This document shows, in pieces, positions 29,514 to 39,737 of a stretch of DNA of 64,000 nt (positions are counted from its first letter, which is position 1; each line of letters starts with the position of its first letter). Where the stretch lies: the NCBI GenBank assembly GCA_001314545.1, contig LIHN01000007.1, forward strand, positions 31,217 through 95,216. The letters are read 5' to 3'. Below the pieces are notes generated by a model, which did not search any database, was not told the DNA's origin, and saw nothing but the letters and a program-made list of their open reading frames with translations. The translations under genes were made by a program, and so were the position numbers. The DNA comes from Bacteroidetes bacterium HLUCCA01. Lineage in GTDB: Bacteria > Bacteroidota > Rhodothermia > Balneolales > HLUCCA01.

Positions 29514-29993
29514 ATGAAACTACACACGCTGCTATTTGCACTTTGTCTGATTACCTCTTCACTCGCATTCACTACACAAACACAGGCTCAAACCCAGAGC
29601 GGCGATTTCGGCCTGGGTGTCATCCTCGGGGAACCGACCGGCCTTTCCGCTAAAGTATTTCAGGGGAATAACCGCGCTTTTGCCCTGGGTGCTGCATGGT
29701 CCTTCGGTAATGAAGCAAGCCTGCACCTGCATGCCGACTACCTGATCCATCGCTTCGACCTGATTAGTGTCGATTCTGGCAGACTGCCTGTTTACTATGG
29801 CATTGGTGCACGGGCACGCCTGGCTGACGATCCGAATATTGGCGTGCGTATCCCCATCGGTGTGAGTTATTACTTCGCCAACGATCCCCTTGAACTGTTC
29901 TTCGAAATCGTGCCGATTCTGGATCTGGCTCCTGCCACTGAGTTTTCCGGAAACGGCGGATTCGGAATCCGCTACTATTTCGGCAAAATGTAA
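29514..29993 (+). CDS. Hypothetical small outer-membrane beta-barrel protein
   Basis: Signal peptide MKLHTLLFALCLITSSLAFTTQTQAQ. Alternating hydrophobic beta-strand pattern with an aromatic-rich C-terminus (GFGIRYYFGKM). Confidence 0.5.
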   Translation: MKLHTLLFALCLITSSLAFTTQTQAQTQSGDFGLGVILGEPTGLSAKVFQGNNRAFALGAAWSFGNEASLHLHADYLIHRFDLISVDSGRLPVYYGIGARARLADDPNIGVRIPIGVSYYFANDPLELFFEIVPILDLAPATEFSGNGGFGIRYYFGKM

Positions 29994-30174
29994 CGCATCA
30001 CCCCTGCATAGTGCCCTGTCTATGCTCCAACGGTGCATGACAGGTGTTCTCAGGCAAGCTGTAAATATCGTTCAGGCTGACCGCCCGGCAACTTCGTGAA
30101 ATCAGAGGTTAAGCACGGATGCAGCCTGGATGATAATCAGGAATTTTCAGGCAGCATGGCTCAGGTGTACATCC

Positions 30175-32580
30175 TCAGTACAAAACCCTCCTGATTTTCA
30201 TGCCGTCGCTCTCATACACCAGCGCTCCGTGTAAACTGGTAAATCCGACGTGACCGGCGTAACGGTGTAACTCACGGGCCGCTTCACGATGGGGATGCCG
30301 ATAACGGTTACGATACCCCAGGGATACGGCAACCCAGTCCGGGTTTACCCGTTGCATAAACGACGGTGTTGAAGAGGTCCTGGATCCATGATGACCCGCC
30401 TTGTACCAGTCGGATTTCAGAAAATCATCAAAGCGTCCTGCCATGGCCTGTTCTGCATGGTGTTCGGCGTCGCCGGTGAGCAGCAGGGATGTCTGGCCGT
30501 AGATTACCTTGACTGAAACCGAATAGGCATTCGGGTCGGAGCCTGTGGGTTTACTGTCCGGATGTAAAACCAGGATACGAATCGCGGGATCAATATCCAG
30601 ATAGTCGCCCATGCGAAGTTCTGCTACAGGAATTCCCTCCCGCGATGCAGCGGCCATATAACCGGTGAACACCGCTGAATGAAACTCCATGGGCGATTGG
30701 TAAATTACGTCGATGGGGAATTCCTCTATGAGGGAGAGCATACCTCCGATATGGTCGGCATGGGGGTGTGATAAAATAACGGCGTCCAGTTTCCGTATAC
30801 CTCGTGCCCGCAGATCGGGCACGAGTACCGATCGACCGCTGTTCTGAAACGGGGTTAACACACCGGTATCGTATAAAATATTTTTGCCGGATGGAGTCTG
30901 CAGCAGCACAGCGTCACCCTGCCCTACATCGTAGACCACCACTCGAAGCAAATCGGTCCTGCGCTTTTCGACCAGTTCGCCAGCCTGCATCACGCATAAA
31001 ACCATCAGAACGGCAATAAGCCATTTCATGCGCAGAGCGGGATTCTGCAATGTAGCCAGGCATCCGACCCCCGCAAACCAGAGCACCCCCGTTAAAGGCG
31101 ACAGGGATGTTATCTGGATCCAGGACGCGTCCTGCGTGCCCACCACCTCCACCAACCACAGGAGTATCCGTGCCAGATACTCGCCCGGTACCATCACGTA
31201 GCCGGCAGAGACCGGCCATAGCGCAGACACAGGAAGGGCCAGCATCGACCATAAAAACAGCGCCTGGGTTACGGGAACACCGAGTGTATTGGCCAGCGGT
31301 CCGGCAATGGAGAACTCACCGAATGTTCCGGCCAGTATCGGAAACAACCCGGCCTGTACCACCACACTGATTCCTAAAAACAAGGTAAATGAGCCCGACC
31401 ATTTAAATCGCCAGGCCGATGGTACCCCGTCACGGAGTACCGGTCCCAGAACAAGTATCAGAATCACCGCTACAAACGACATCTGAAACCCCACATCAAA
31501 CAGGGAATCCGGATTCCAAAGGAGCAAGAGTATGGCCGCAACACCGGTTGTATTCAAAGAATCGCGGTTTCGCTGGAACAGTTTGCCAACAGCCAGCAGG
31601 CTGGCGGTTATTGACGCCCTGCTGACCGAGGACGAAAAACCCGTAATGCCGGCATAAAAAAGCAGAATTATAGCTATAATCGCCAACCCAAGGGCTTTAC
31701 CCGACTCACGGACCCAGAACAGGGGAATAATCAGCCATACCGGCATAAGTACAAAGCCCACATGCATTCCGGAAACAGCCATTAAGTGCGACAGTCCCGC
31801 CCGGGAGAAAGCCGTACGCACCTCCCGGTCCATCTCCCCTTTATCGCCCAGCAAAATTGCCTTGAACAGTGGTCGCACATCCTCGCGAACACTGCGTTCA
31901 AGCAGGGCATTCATGGCCGCACGCCACCATAGCCAATCCAATCGGCTGGTGCGGGGTGTACTCGCCGAAACCGCGTCCAGCTGACCAACAACCTGAATCC
32001 CGTCAGATTTCAACCAGCGGGCTACGTCAAACGCAAGGGGATTCCGCCGCTGCGGGAAATCGCGTATCGTCACTTTCGCCTGCATATAATGGTTCTGACG
32101 GGTTTGCAGGGCGAGCATGGTATCCGGTCGAAAAGCGCGGACCTGCATCCGGGTCTCCAGATTGAGCCAATGACCGCGCACCAGCACCGAATCGACCTGC
32201 AGGACGGCACTCAGTGTACCGGCATCACTCAGCCGTGCTTCTCGAACTACACCGGCAACCTCCACCGTGGCCCCGGACAGCCCCTTGAGCAAGGCTACCG
32301 GCACCTCCGGCAGCTCCGATCTGAATCCGGTATGGAGAGCTCCCGCCAGAACCAGCAGCACGACGTACCCCCAGCGAACCGCAGCCGCCAGCGTCATCGA
32401 TAGATTCCGGTAACTGACCAGCTCCATGATAACCTGTATCAGTACAAGCACGGCAAACAATACGGGCGAAAGGTGTAATCCCCGCTCTCCCGCCAGAATA
32501 CCGGCAATCAGACATAGCGCTGCCCGCACAGCCGGATAGCGTGCATACGGAAAATGATAGGTAGCGGAATCGATGTTCAT
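30175..32580 (-). CDS. comEC: DNA internalization-related competence protein ComEC/Rec2
   Basis: Start at ATG 32580 (MNIDSATYHF). Polytopic Competence domain and a C-terminal metallo-beta-lactamase domain (VYDVGQGDA, LSHPHADHIGG, AGHHGS). Confidence 0.85.
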   Translation of the reverse strand: MNIDSATYHFPYARYPAVRAALCLIAGILAGERGLHLSPVLFAVLVLIQVIMELVSYRNLSMTLAAAVRWGYVVLLVLAGALHTGFRSELPEVPVALLKGLSGATVEVAGVVREARLSDAGTLSAVLQVDSVLVRGHWLNLETRMQVRAFRPDTMLALQTRQNHYMQAKVTIRDFPQRRNPLAFDVARWLKSDGIQVVGQLDAVSASTPRTSRLDWLWWRAAMNALLERSVREDVRPLFKAILLGDKGEMDREVRTAFSRAGLSHLMAVSGMHVGFVLMPVWLIIPLFWVRESGKALGLAIIAIILLFYAGITGFSSSVSRASITASLLAVGKLFQRNRDSLNTTGVAAILLLLWNPDSLFDVGFQMSFVAVILILVLGPVLRDGVPSAWRFKWSGSFTLFLGISVVVQAGLFPILAGTFGEFSIAGPLANTLGVPVTQALFLWSMLALPVSALWPVSAGYVMVPGEYLARILLWLVEVVGTQDASWIQITSLSPLTGVLWFAGVGCLATLQNPALRMKWLIAVLMVLCVMQAGELVEKRRTDLLRVVVYDVGQGDAVLLQTPSGKNILYDTGVLTPFQNSGRSVLVPDLRARGIRKLDAVILSHPHADHIGGMLSLIEEFPIDVIYQSPMEFHSAVFTGYMAAASREGIPVAELRMGDYLDIDPAIRILVLHPDSKPTGSDPNAYSVSVKVIYGQTSLLLTGDAEHHAEQAMAGRFDDFLKSDWYKAGHHGSRTSSTPSFMQRVNPDWVAVSLGYRNRYRHPHREAARELHRYAGHVGFTSLHGALVYESDGMKIRRVLY

Positions 32581-32675
32581 TGAAACGGTGTTCCATTGTT
32601 CACGTATCTTATATAGAGTGCAGATCGGCCCGATTATTTCATAAATCCGCACAAATTTCACACTAAAAGATTCCC

Positions 32676-33488
32676 ATGCAGCCCATCATCCTGCGCTCTC
32701 CGCGCTTCGACGATCAAAAAATCAAGCTCCCCGGGGAGATAGCCCGGCTCTCCGTTCCATTCAACGGCTCGGTTGGTTCCCCGGCCGGCGACTCCTACCC
32801 GGTCAATCGTAATATCATTGAGCTGCTGACAGGCAACTACCCCAGAACCACCCTCGCTCAGGACAGCAATTTCATCCCGTTAACGGCGAAAGGCTACGAG
32901 GACTACTGGCGCAAAACCTCCATTAAGTCGATCAGCGGGCAGGACTTCTCGATGGCAGATGAACAAAATTTACTGTGCGACTGGCTGGATCCCCGTGCCG
33001 GTGATGTCATTGCCGACCTGGGAACCTCCACCGGATTATACCCCCGAACCCTGTATCGTCATCAGCCGGAATGCCACCCCATAGCTATCGATCTTTCCCT
33101 GCCTATGCTGCAGGAGGCGCGCCAACGGGCAATTAAAGAGGGGTGTGAGCTAACGCTGCTTCAGGCCAACGCCGAGGAGCTTCCATTTTTTGCCGGAAGT
33201 CTGGATGCTCTGAGCTGCGGAGGGTCGCTCAACGAGTTTTATGACCCCCAGAAAGCCCTGTACGAGGCGAGAAGGGTGCTGAAAAAAGATGGACGCTTTT
33301 TCATGATGTACCTGCTGGAAGCCGATACTCTGGCCGGTCGGCTGCTGCAGAAGGCCTCTTCGCTGGGCGGGATTAAATTCTGGTCCCGCGATGCCTCCTT
33401 TCAACTGATTACCCGGTCCGGATTCCATATCGAAAAAGAAAAGCAGCTGGGTATCGTGCAGTTTGTTTTATTGCGCGCCGGCGATTAA
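32676..33488 (+). CDS. Class I SAM-dependent methyltransferase
   Basis: Motif I VIADLGTSTG, post-I acidic residue (AIDLS) and motif II-like FAGSLDALSCGGSL. Confidence 0.75.
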   Translation: MQPIILRSPRFDDQKIKLPGEIARLSVPFNGSVGSPAGDSYPVNRNIIELLTGNYPRTTLAQDSNFIPLTAKGYEDYWRKTSIKSISGQDFSMADEQNLLCDWLDPRAGDVIADLGTSTGLYPRTLYRHQPECHPIAIDLSLPMLQEARQRAIKEGCELTLLQANAEELPFFAGSLDALSCGGSLNEFYDPQKALYEARRVLKKDGRFFMMYLLEADTLAGRLLQKASSLGGIKFWSRDASFQLITRSGFHIEKEKQLGIVQFVLLRAGD

Positions 33489-33553
33489 GCCTTGTCGGCT
33501 GGTACTTGTGCGCCTGCCTGGGTTGTTTATTGCGCGCCGGCGATTAAGCCTTG
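33467..33553. repeat. 28-bp perfect direct repeat (tttattgcgcgccggcgattaagccttg), two copies 59 bp apart
   Basis: Copy 1 (33467-33494) contains the last codons and TAA stop of the methyltransferase. Copy 2 (33526-33553) lies in the 69-nt gap before the convergent 33558 stop. Confidence 0.8.
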
Positions 33554-33557
33554 GGGT

Positions 33558-34355
33558 TCATCGCCGGAAAAGCACCGAAATCGGCATTCCCTTCTGGCCG
33601 CTGAGCAATTCCTCGGCGTTTCCACCGTTCACCGCGATCTCCAGGTGACCGCTGCCGCCCACCAACGCAGCCGGCGAACCAGCGTCCACATCGGCATAGG
33701 TTCGCACAATTTCCTTAAGGATGGTATTGCCAACATAAATTTTGACGCCGTTTTTCACCGGCATACCCTCCAGCATCTCGCGGGTTATGTTGGTGATAAG
33801 GTTGCCATAGCGATCGATGTGCATGACCCAGCCCTGAACTCCCTCACTGTCGGCCACGGGGAGGGCCCAACGGTAGGATATCAGCGTATCAATAGGCACC
33901 CCGAGGGTATCCAGTTCAACGCCTTTGCTCAGGTGCGCGGCGATGGGCGCGAAAATATCACGACCGTGGAAGGTGCTGGATCGCTCATTCGACCAAAAAC
34001 TGGTATTGGTTAATTCGTAGGCATCGTGCGGGTGTTGATCGGCAATCAGGGAAAAAATCCCGTTGTCAGGCCCCACAAACAGCTGGTCTTTAATGCGAAC
34101 GGCAACCGGTCGTCTGCTGGTACCCACTCCGGGATCAACCACCACGAGATGTATGGTACCGGATGGATAGAGAAAAGCTGAATTTCGGGTAATCCAGGCC
34201 CCCGCCATAATATCCTGCGGCGGAACCTCATGGGAAACATCAATAAGCCGGACGTCCCGGTTAATTCCCAGAATCACAGCTTTCATGGCACTCACATAGA
34301 AGTCCTGCATGCCAAAGTCTGTCGTCAGTGTGATAATAGGAGATCCCGTTTGCAT
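33558..34355 (-). CDS. SAM hydrolase / SAM-dependent halogenase family protein (DUF62, S-adenosyl-L-methionine hydroxide adenosyltransferase type)
   Basis: N-terminal hallmark ITLTTDFGMQDFYVSAMKAVIL, then VVDPGVGT and FHGRDIFAP motifs. Confidence 0.8.
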   Translation of the reverse strand: MQTGSPIITLTTDFGMQDFYVSAMKAVILGINRDVRLIDVSHEVPPQDIMAGAWITRNSAFLYPSGTIHLVVVDPGVGTSRRPVAVRIKDQLFVGPDNGIFSLIADQHPHDAYELTNTSFWSNERSSTFHGRDIFAPIAAHLSKGVELDTLGVPIDTLISYRWALPVADSEGVQGWVMHIDRYGNLITNITREMLEGMPVKNGVKIYVGNTILKEIVRTYADVDAGSPAALVGGSGHLEIAVNGGNAEELLSGQKGMPISVLFRR

Positions 34356-34549
34356 AGGCCGGTTAGGATTCTGGATTACAAACGCCGGAATTAAAAGCCC
34401 GGCGCACGGTCGACATAGCCTGTTAACGTCATTGCCGCAACAGATTGCATCACCCGCTGGCTAGAAAAAACACAGCGTTAAAACTGCCTGCAGCCGGCAT
34501 GAAAATCAGCCAGTGAAAACACACGCATCAGCTATCGGCAAATGCCGGA

Positions 34550-35665
34550 TCAGTTATAGGTATTCAGCATGACCGGCATGACCAGCATGAGCATGTCTTC
34601 ATCCTCATCCTGAACCGACGGTCGGACGATGCCGGCACGGTTGGGAGTAGAGAATTCGAAGAGTACTTCAGGGTCATCAATATTGCCGAGTACATCACTG
34701 AGATAGCGGGCATTAAACCCGATTTCCATCTCCGGATCGCTGTATTCACATCCTATAGCCTCCTTGGCTTCACTGCTCATATCGATGTCTTCAGCGGCAA
34801 TGATGAGTTCATCCGGACGCATCTGCAGGCGAATCTGTCGGGTGGTGGAACTGGAGAAAATGGATACCCGCCGGACCGTTGCCAGCATCTGGTCACGATT
34901 CACCTTCATTTCCTTGTCGTTTTCACGGGGAATAACCGACTCATAATTGGGATAGGTTTCGCTGATCAGCCGGGTGATGACCATGGTGCTGCCGCTGCGG
35001 AAACGCACATGCTCACCGCTGATGGTCAGGTCACAGTCGGCTCCGTCCAGGGCTTTCTGCACCAGGTTCAGTGCTTTCTGAGGCACGATGAAACTGGCCG
35101 GGGCCTGCGCAACGAGATCCCGCTTGATCAACCTGACAAGACGGTGCCCATCGGTAGCCACAACACGGCTTTCCTCGGGTCCCAGCTGAAAATAAACCCC
35201 CATCATAGCCGGCCGGAGGTCGTCACTGGACACGGCAAAACTGGTTTTTTGAATAGCACGGATCAGCGATTCCGTGGATGTTTTGATCATCTGACCGCCA
35301 TCCAGAGCAGGAATAGCAGGAAAATCAGCTGCCTTTTCACCAGCCAGCTTGTAATTCCCTTTGTCGGTCTTGAATTTCACATTCCCCTTGTCATCGGTTT
35401 CAAAAAGAACCGGGATGTCGGGCAACTGACGCAGCGTTTCCAGCAGACGGCGGGCGGGTACGGCAACCGAGCCCTCGGTCATAACGTCGGCATCCACATT
35501 CTCCACAATGGACACTTCCAGATCGGTGGCACTGAGGCGAACCTTGCCGTTATCGGTTTCAAACAACACCGTTTCCAGGATAGGCATGGTTGCTTTGGTG
35601 GGTACGGCTCCTACAACGGCCGACAAGCCCTGAACAAGATCTCCGCTGGATACACTAAATTTCAT
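34550..35665 (-). CDS. dnaN: DNA polymerase III beta subunit (sliding clamp)
   Basis: Begins MKFSVSSGDLVQGLSAVVGAVPTKATMPILETVLFE. Three-domain length of 371 aa with the conserved ATDGHRL motif. Confidence 0.95.
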   Translation of the reverse strand: MKFSVSSGDLVQGLSAVVGAVPTKATMPILETVLFETDNGKVRLSATDLEVSIVENVDADVMTEGSVAVPARRLLETLRQLPDIPVLFETDDKGNVKFKTDKGNYKLAGEKAADFPAIPALDGGQMIKTSTESLIRAIQKTSFAVSSDDLRPAMMGVYFQLGPEESRVVATDGHRLVRLIKRDLVAQAPASFIVPQKALNLVQKALDGADCDLTISGEHVRFRSGSTMVITRLISETYPNYESVIPRENDKEMKVNRDQMLATVRRVSIFSSSTTRQIRLQMRPDELIIAAEDIDMSSEAKEAIGCEYSDPEMEIGFNARYLSDVLGNIDDPEVLFEFSTPNRAGIVRPSVQDEDEDMLMLVMPVMLNTYN

Positions 35666-35728
35666 GCTGGGAATACTATGAAGGTTATCGTTTGACAGTG
35701 TGGGAATATACTAAATAAATGACGGATG

Positions 35729-36640
35729 TCATTGTGGTTTTGCGCTGTGCACGCCGCTTTCGCTTAGGTCCGGATAGCTGCCCAGCACCTCCATGAATTC
35801 GCAGTAACCGCGCACATGTTCCAGCACGGCTTTACCGTGATCACTGAACGCATCCAGCTCAACATCCGCAAAAAAATCGTACACCCAGGGTGAACCCACC
35901 CGGGGACGCGACTCCAGTTTGGTGATATTTACCTGTCGGGCGAGGAATTCCTGCAACAGCGTTACCAGTCCGCCGGGACGGTGCTGTACCCCGAAATACA
36001 CACTGGTCTTTCGCGTCAGGGTCGGGTCCGTCTCGGGCAACGGCCGGGCAGACAGCAGCAGGAAGCGGGTGTAGTTATTCGGATCGGTTTCAATGTGAGG
36101 CTTCAGAATATTCATACCGTAAATCTGCGCAGACAAATCACTGGATATTACCGCCACATCCCGACGGGTGGAATCGCGCAGATCACGTACAGATCCGGCG
36201 GTATCTTCTTTCTCCATGATTTTCACATCCAGGGTATCCAGAAAATACCGGCACTGCTCAATCGCCATCGGATGCGACCACACCTCACGGATGCTGTCAA
36301 GGGTCACCCCGGGCCTGGCAATAAAATGCTGGCCGATACGCAGGTATACCTCGCCCACGATGGGAATTTTTCCGGCGGCCAGCAGGTCGTAATTATAGAT
36401 GATACTGCCGGCAATAGAGTTTTCAATGGCCAGAAACAGATGGGTTGCCTTGCCGGTTTTGCCGTCATCAAAAACCTCCCTGAAGGAATCGCGGTACAGA
36501 TAGGTGGCATCTCCGAAGAGCATTCGCGCGCCGATATGATGAAATGAACCCGGCTGACCCTGAATAGAAATGGTGGATGCAGCGGTTAATTGCGGGTAAC
36601 GGGCCTGAACGGCAGCGGAATCGGTGTCGGAAATCGTCAT
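35729..36640 (-). CDS. pheA: Prephenate dehydratase (PDT plus ACT domains)
   Basis: PDT domain (IQGQPGSFHH...AIENSIAGSI) and an ACT domain with TKLESRP. Confidence 0.85.
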   Translation of the reverse strand: MTISDTDSAAVQARYPQLTAASTISIQGQPGSFHHIGARMLFGDATYLYRDSFREVFDDGKTGKATHLFLAIENSIAGSIIYNYDLLAAGKIPIVGEVYLRIGQHFIARPGVTLDSIREVWSHPMAIEQCRYFLDTLDVKIMEKEDTAGSVRDLRDSTRRDVAVISSDLSAQIYGMNILKPHIETDPNNYTRFLLLSARPLPETDPTLTRKTSVYFGVQHRPGGLVTLLQEFLARQVNITKLESRPRVGSPWVYDFFADVELDAFSDHGKAVLEHVRGYCEFMEVLGSYPDLSESGVHSAKPQ

Positions 36641-36825
36641 GAAACAGATTGAATTATAGAGGTAAAGGTCAAAAACTATGAAACTTCCATAATAAAGTAT
36701 TGCTTTACCACATTAGAATCTTAAATTGATGAATTACGCTTCAAATGAATGGAGCGGGCCGGCACTTGCGTGTGACAACCTCCTGCCGCATCTATGATAA
36801 GTAAGAAAATAAATACAGGTACACT

Positions 36826-38622
36826 ATGTCATTCCGATGGGTTTTCACTCAACCGGAGAATGGCGATGCAGTGGAACACCTCGAACAGGCACTATTCCCG
36901 CGGAACGGAAGTGCCCGGGCCCGGAAATTGTCTGAGGCCTCGGCACGGACGCTGGCCCGGTTACTGGCACTTCGGGGCGTCACCACCTACGAGGATGCAC
37001 GCCATTTTTTCCGCTCCGACTTAACCGCACTGCACGACCCCTTCCTCATGAAAGATATGGAAGAGGCGTCTACCCGGCTGGCACGTGCCGTCCGAAATCA
37101 GGAAAAAGTGGTTGTCTACGGTGATTACGACGTTGACGGCACCACGGCTACCGCTATTGTCTACGGTTTTCTCAAACGTTTCGGCGTGAATGTATCGCAC
37201 TATATTCCACACCGTTTCAAAGAAGGCTACGGCATCAGTGAAGACGGCATTCAGTACGCCATTGACAGCCGGTCTGACCTGATTGTCTCGGTTGACTGTG
37301 GCATTACAGCTGTTGAAGAAGCAAAATTTGCCCGTGAAAAGGGCATCGACCTGGTCATCTGCGACCATCACACAGCCGGCGATGAAATCCCTGATGCCGT
37401 TGCCGTGCTGGATCCCAAACGGCCTGACTGCAGTTACCCGTTTGACGGACTGTCCGGTGCGGGGGTCGGTTTCAAACTCATTCAGGCCACCCTGACCAAA
37501 CTGGGACTGCCACAGGATGTAGCCTTCGAATACCTGGATCTGCTGGCCATCTCCATCGCCTCAGACATTGTCCCCATCGTGGATGAAAACCGGATCATGA
37601 TGCGGGCCGGACTGCAGATGCTCAATGAACGTCCGCGCATCGGCATCAAGGCACTGATGAACCTGATTAAAATGGACATCGGCAAGGTCAGCACCTCCAA
37701 CATCGTTTTTTCGATTGGTCCCCGGATCAATGCGGCCGGTCGGATGGGCGATGCGGGTACGGCCATGCAGCTGCTTATTGCCGACTCGTACGAGGAAGCC
37801 TCGGCGTTTGCCCATGAGCTGGAGGAAATCAACAAACGCCGTCGGCGTACCGATACGAAAACCATGGAGCAGGCTATGCTTCAGATCGATGAGCACATCG
37901 ACATGAACGCATGCTCGTCGGTCGTTCTGCATCACCCTGACTGGCACCTGGGGGTCATCGGCATTGTGGCATCGCGGCTGGTGGATCAGTATTGCAGACC
38001 GGCGGTGATGCTTAGTACGGTGGACGGCAAAATCAAAGGTTCGGCGCGCAGCGTAAAGGGGTTCAATATCTACAATGCGCTCAAAGAGTGCGAAGATTTG
38101 CTCATTCAGTTTGGTGGTCACGAATTTGCGGCCGGTCTTACCATGGAAGAAGACAAGCTGGATGCGTTTCGCGAGCGGTTTAATGGCATTGTACAGCAGC
38201 GCATGTGCGATGAGGACTTTCTGCCCGAGCTGGCTGTTGATGCCGAGATTGCCCTGGATCAGATTGATGTACATTTCTGGAAGGTGCTGAGTCAGTTTGA
38301 ACCGTTTGGTCCGCTGAATCTCCGACCGGTATTTGTGAGTCGGGGCGTGCAGGTGGTTGGCAATCCGGTCATTGTAGGACGGAATCACCTAAAACTGCGC
38401 GTCATGCAGAACGGGTCGGGTGCATTTGACGCTATCGGATTCAATCTGGGTGAGCATCTGGAGGCAGTTCGCGCTTGTCAGAACGGGTGCCTCGACGTGG
38501 CCTTCTCCGTTGATGAAAACACCTGGCGGAATCGTACATCCCTGCAGCTGCAGGTGCTGGATTTGCAGGTCAATTCGGAAATGGGAACCGTCATGACATC
38601 CATCAATCGCGCTGATGCCTGA
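36826..38622 (+). CDS. recJ: Single-stranded-DNA-specific exonuclease RecJ
   Basis: DHH motifs VVVYGDYDVDGTT, SVDCG, ICDHH and DHHA1 GGHEFAAG. Confidence 0.9.
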   Translation: MSFRWVFTQPENGDAVEHLEQALFPRNGSARARKLSEASARTLARLLALRGVTTYEDARHFFRSDLTALHDPFLMKDMEEASTRLARAVRNQEKVVVYGDYDVDGTTATAIVYGFLKRFGVNVSHYIPHRFKEGYGISEDGIQYAIDSRSDLIVSVDCGITAVEEAKFAREKGIDLVICDHHTAGDEIPDAVAVLDPKRPDCSYPFDGLSGAGVGFKLIQATLTKLGLPQDVAFEYLDLLAISIASDIVPIVDENRIMMRAGLQMLNERPRIGIKALMNLIKMDIGKVSTSNIVFSIGPRINAAGRMGDAGTAMQLLIADSYEEASAFAHELEEINKRRRRTDTKTMEQAMLQIDEHIDMNACSSVVLHHPDWHLGVIGIVASRLVDQYCRPAVMLSTVDGKIKGSARSVKGFNIYNALKECEDLLIQFGGHEFAAGLTMEEDKLDAFRERFNGIVQQRMCDEDFLPELAVDAEIALDQIDVHFWKVLSQFEPFGPLNLRPVFVSRGVQVVGNPVIVGRNHLKLRVMQNGSGAFDAIGFNLGEHLEAVRACQNGCLDVAFSVDENTWRNRTSLQLQVLDLQVNSEMGTVMTSINRADA

Positions 38623-38774
38623 ACTGTGACACAACCATTTGCATGAACAGGCAAATACATCGCTGTTCATTTTTCCAATTTTGAAAAAAAGTGTTTCATG
38701 CAGTTTCAAATACTGCTATATTTGGTGCTCTTGACGATTCAGTCAACGCCCTATGGGCTAGTCTGTTACGCTGG

Positions 38775-38847
38775 GGGACTGTAGCTCAGTTGGTAGAGCA
38801 ATGGACTGAAAATCCATGTGTCGGCGGTTCGATTCCGCCCGGTCCCA
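38775..38847 (+). tRNA. tRNA-Phe (anticodon GAA)
   Basis: Manual cloverleaf fold. Acceptor gggactg/cggtccc, D-arm tagctcagttggtagagc, anticodon loop ctGAAaa, T-arm ggcggttcgattccgcc, discriminator A. No encoded CCA. Confidence 0.95.
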
Positions 38848-38855
38848 CATTTCAA

Positions 38856-38904
38856 AAAGCCTTTGACATACAAGCAGTTAGCTGGGTGTCAAAGGCTTTT
38901 TTTT
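38856..38904 (+). terminator. Rho-independent terminator after tRNA-Phe
   Basis: 13-bp stem aaagcctttgaca / tgtcaaaggcttt followed by a T-run. Confidence 0.75.
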
Positions 38905-39201
38905 GTGGGGTAAACTTAATCGTCATTTAGATTGTTTAGGATACCTGCAAGAATGCCACAGGCTTCGGTCTTATATGGGTGTAATACCTGTTAAAGCGAG
39001 CTGAGCGTACGACATCACGATCTAATTCCGTGTTAATTCAGGCATCATTAATCAGCCGGGGGTAACACGGGGGTAACAAAATCACGTGTCACTCCTTAAT
39101 CGCTGCTAAGCTATTTAAACCCATCCTGGTATGCATTAAATTCCTGTGACAACCGGTAACCGTTGTTCGGACGCATCCCTTACGTACTTCAACCCTATAA
39201 A

Positions 39202-39690
39202 ATGGATTTTTATCAGTTTCAGGCCCGCTCCATAAACGGCGAACGTGTTTCGATGGATTCCTACAGAAACAACGTTGTACTGGTTGTAAATACTGCCAGT
39301 CAATGTGGTCTTACCCCACAATATGAAGGGCTGGAAGCCCTGTACCATACCTGGAAAGACAAGGGTTTTGTGGTACTGGGTTTTCCTTGTAACCAGTTTG
39401 GAAAGCAGGAACCCGGATCTTCCGATGAGATTGCTGCATTCTGTCAGATGAATTACGGCGTTACCTTTCCGATGTTCGAGCGGGTAGAAGTGAATGGTGC
39501 CAACGCCCATCCCCTGTTTGTCTACCTGAAAGACAAACTGCCCGGCACCTTGGGGATCAGCACCATTAAGTGGAATTTTACCAAATTTCTGCTTGACGCT
39601 GAAGGCCGACCCGTTGAACGGTACGCGCCGGTTACACCACCCGACCGTATTGAGTCCCGGCTCAAAAAACTGCTGGGAGAGCGGGCATAA
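39202..39690 (+). CDS. gpx: Glutathione peroxidase (Cys-type)
   Basis: Start at ATG 39202. Active-site NTASQCGLT plus LGFPCNQFG and WNFTKFL motifs. Confidence 0.9.
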   Translation: MDFYQFQARSINGERVSMDSYRNNVVLVVNTASQCGLTPQYEGLEALYHTWKDKGFVVLGFPCNQFGKQEPGSSDEIAAFCQMNYGVTFPMFERVEVNGANAHPLFVYLKDKLPGTLGISTIKWNFTKFLLDAEGRPVERYAPVTPPDRIESRLKKLLGERA

Positions 39691-39737
39691 ACTTAGCTCG
39701 TGTGTGTGCCAAATCGCAATCAAGCACGTTTATCCGC

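Noticed and set aside
34550-35665. dnaN as a marker of the replication origin.
   Set aside because: There is no adjacent dnaA. I saw no cluster of TTATCCACA-like DnaA boxes or an AT-rich unwinding element in the flanking gaps (34356-34549, 35666-35728). dnaN is flanked by pheA and a SAM-hydrolase-family gene.
39055-39165. Short direct repeat gggggtaaca (two copies) and gtaac-rich segment upstream of gpx, considered as a possible peroxide-regulator operator.
   Set aside because: Only 10-bp copies with no clear dyad symmetry, and no match to an operator consensus I can recall with confidence. The evidence is too weak to call.
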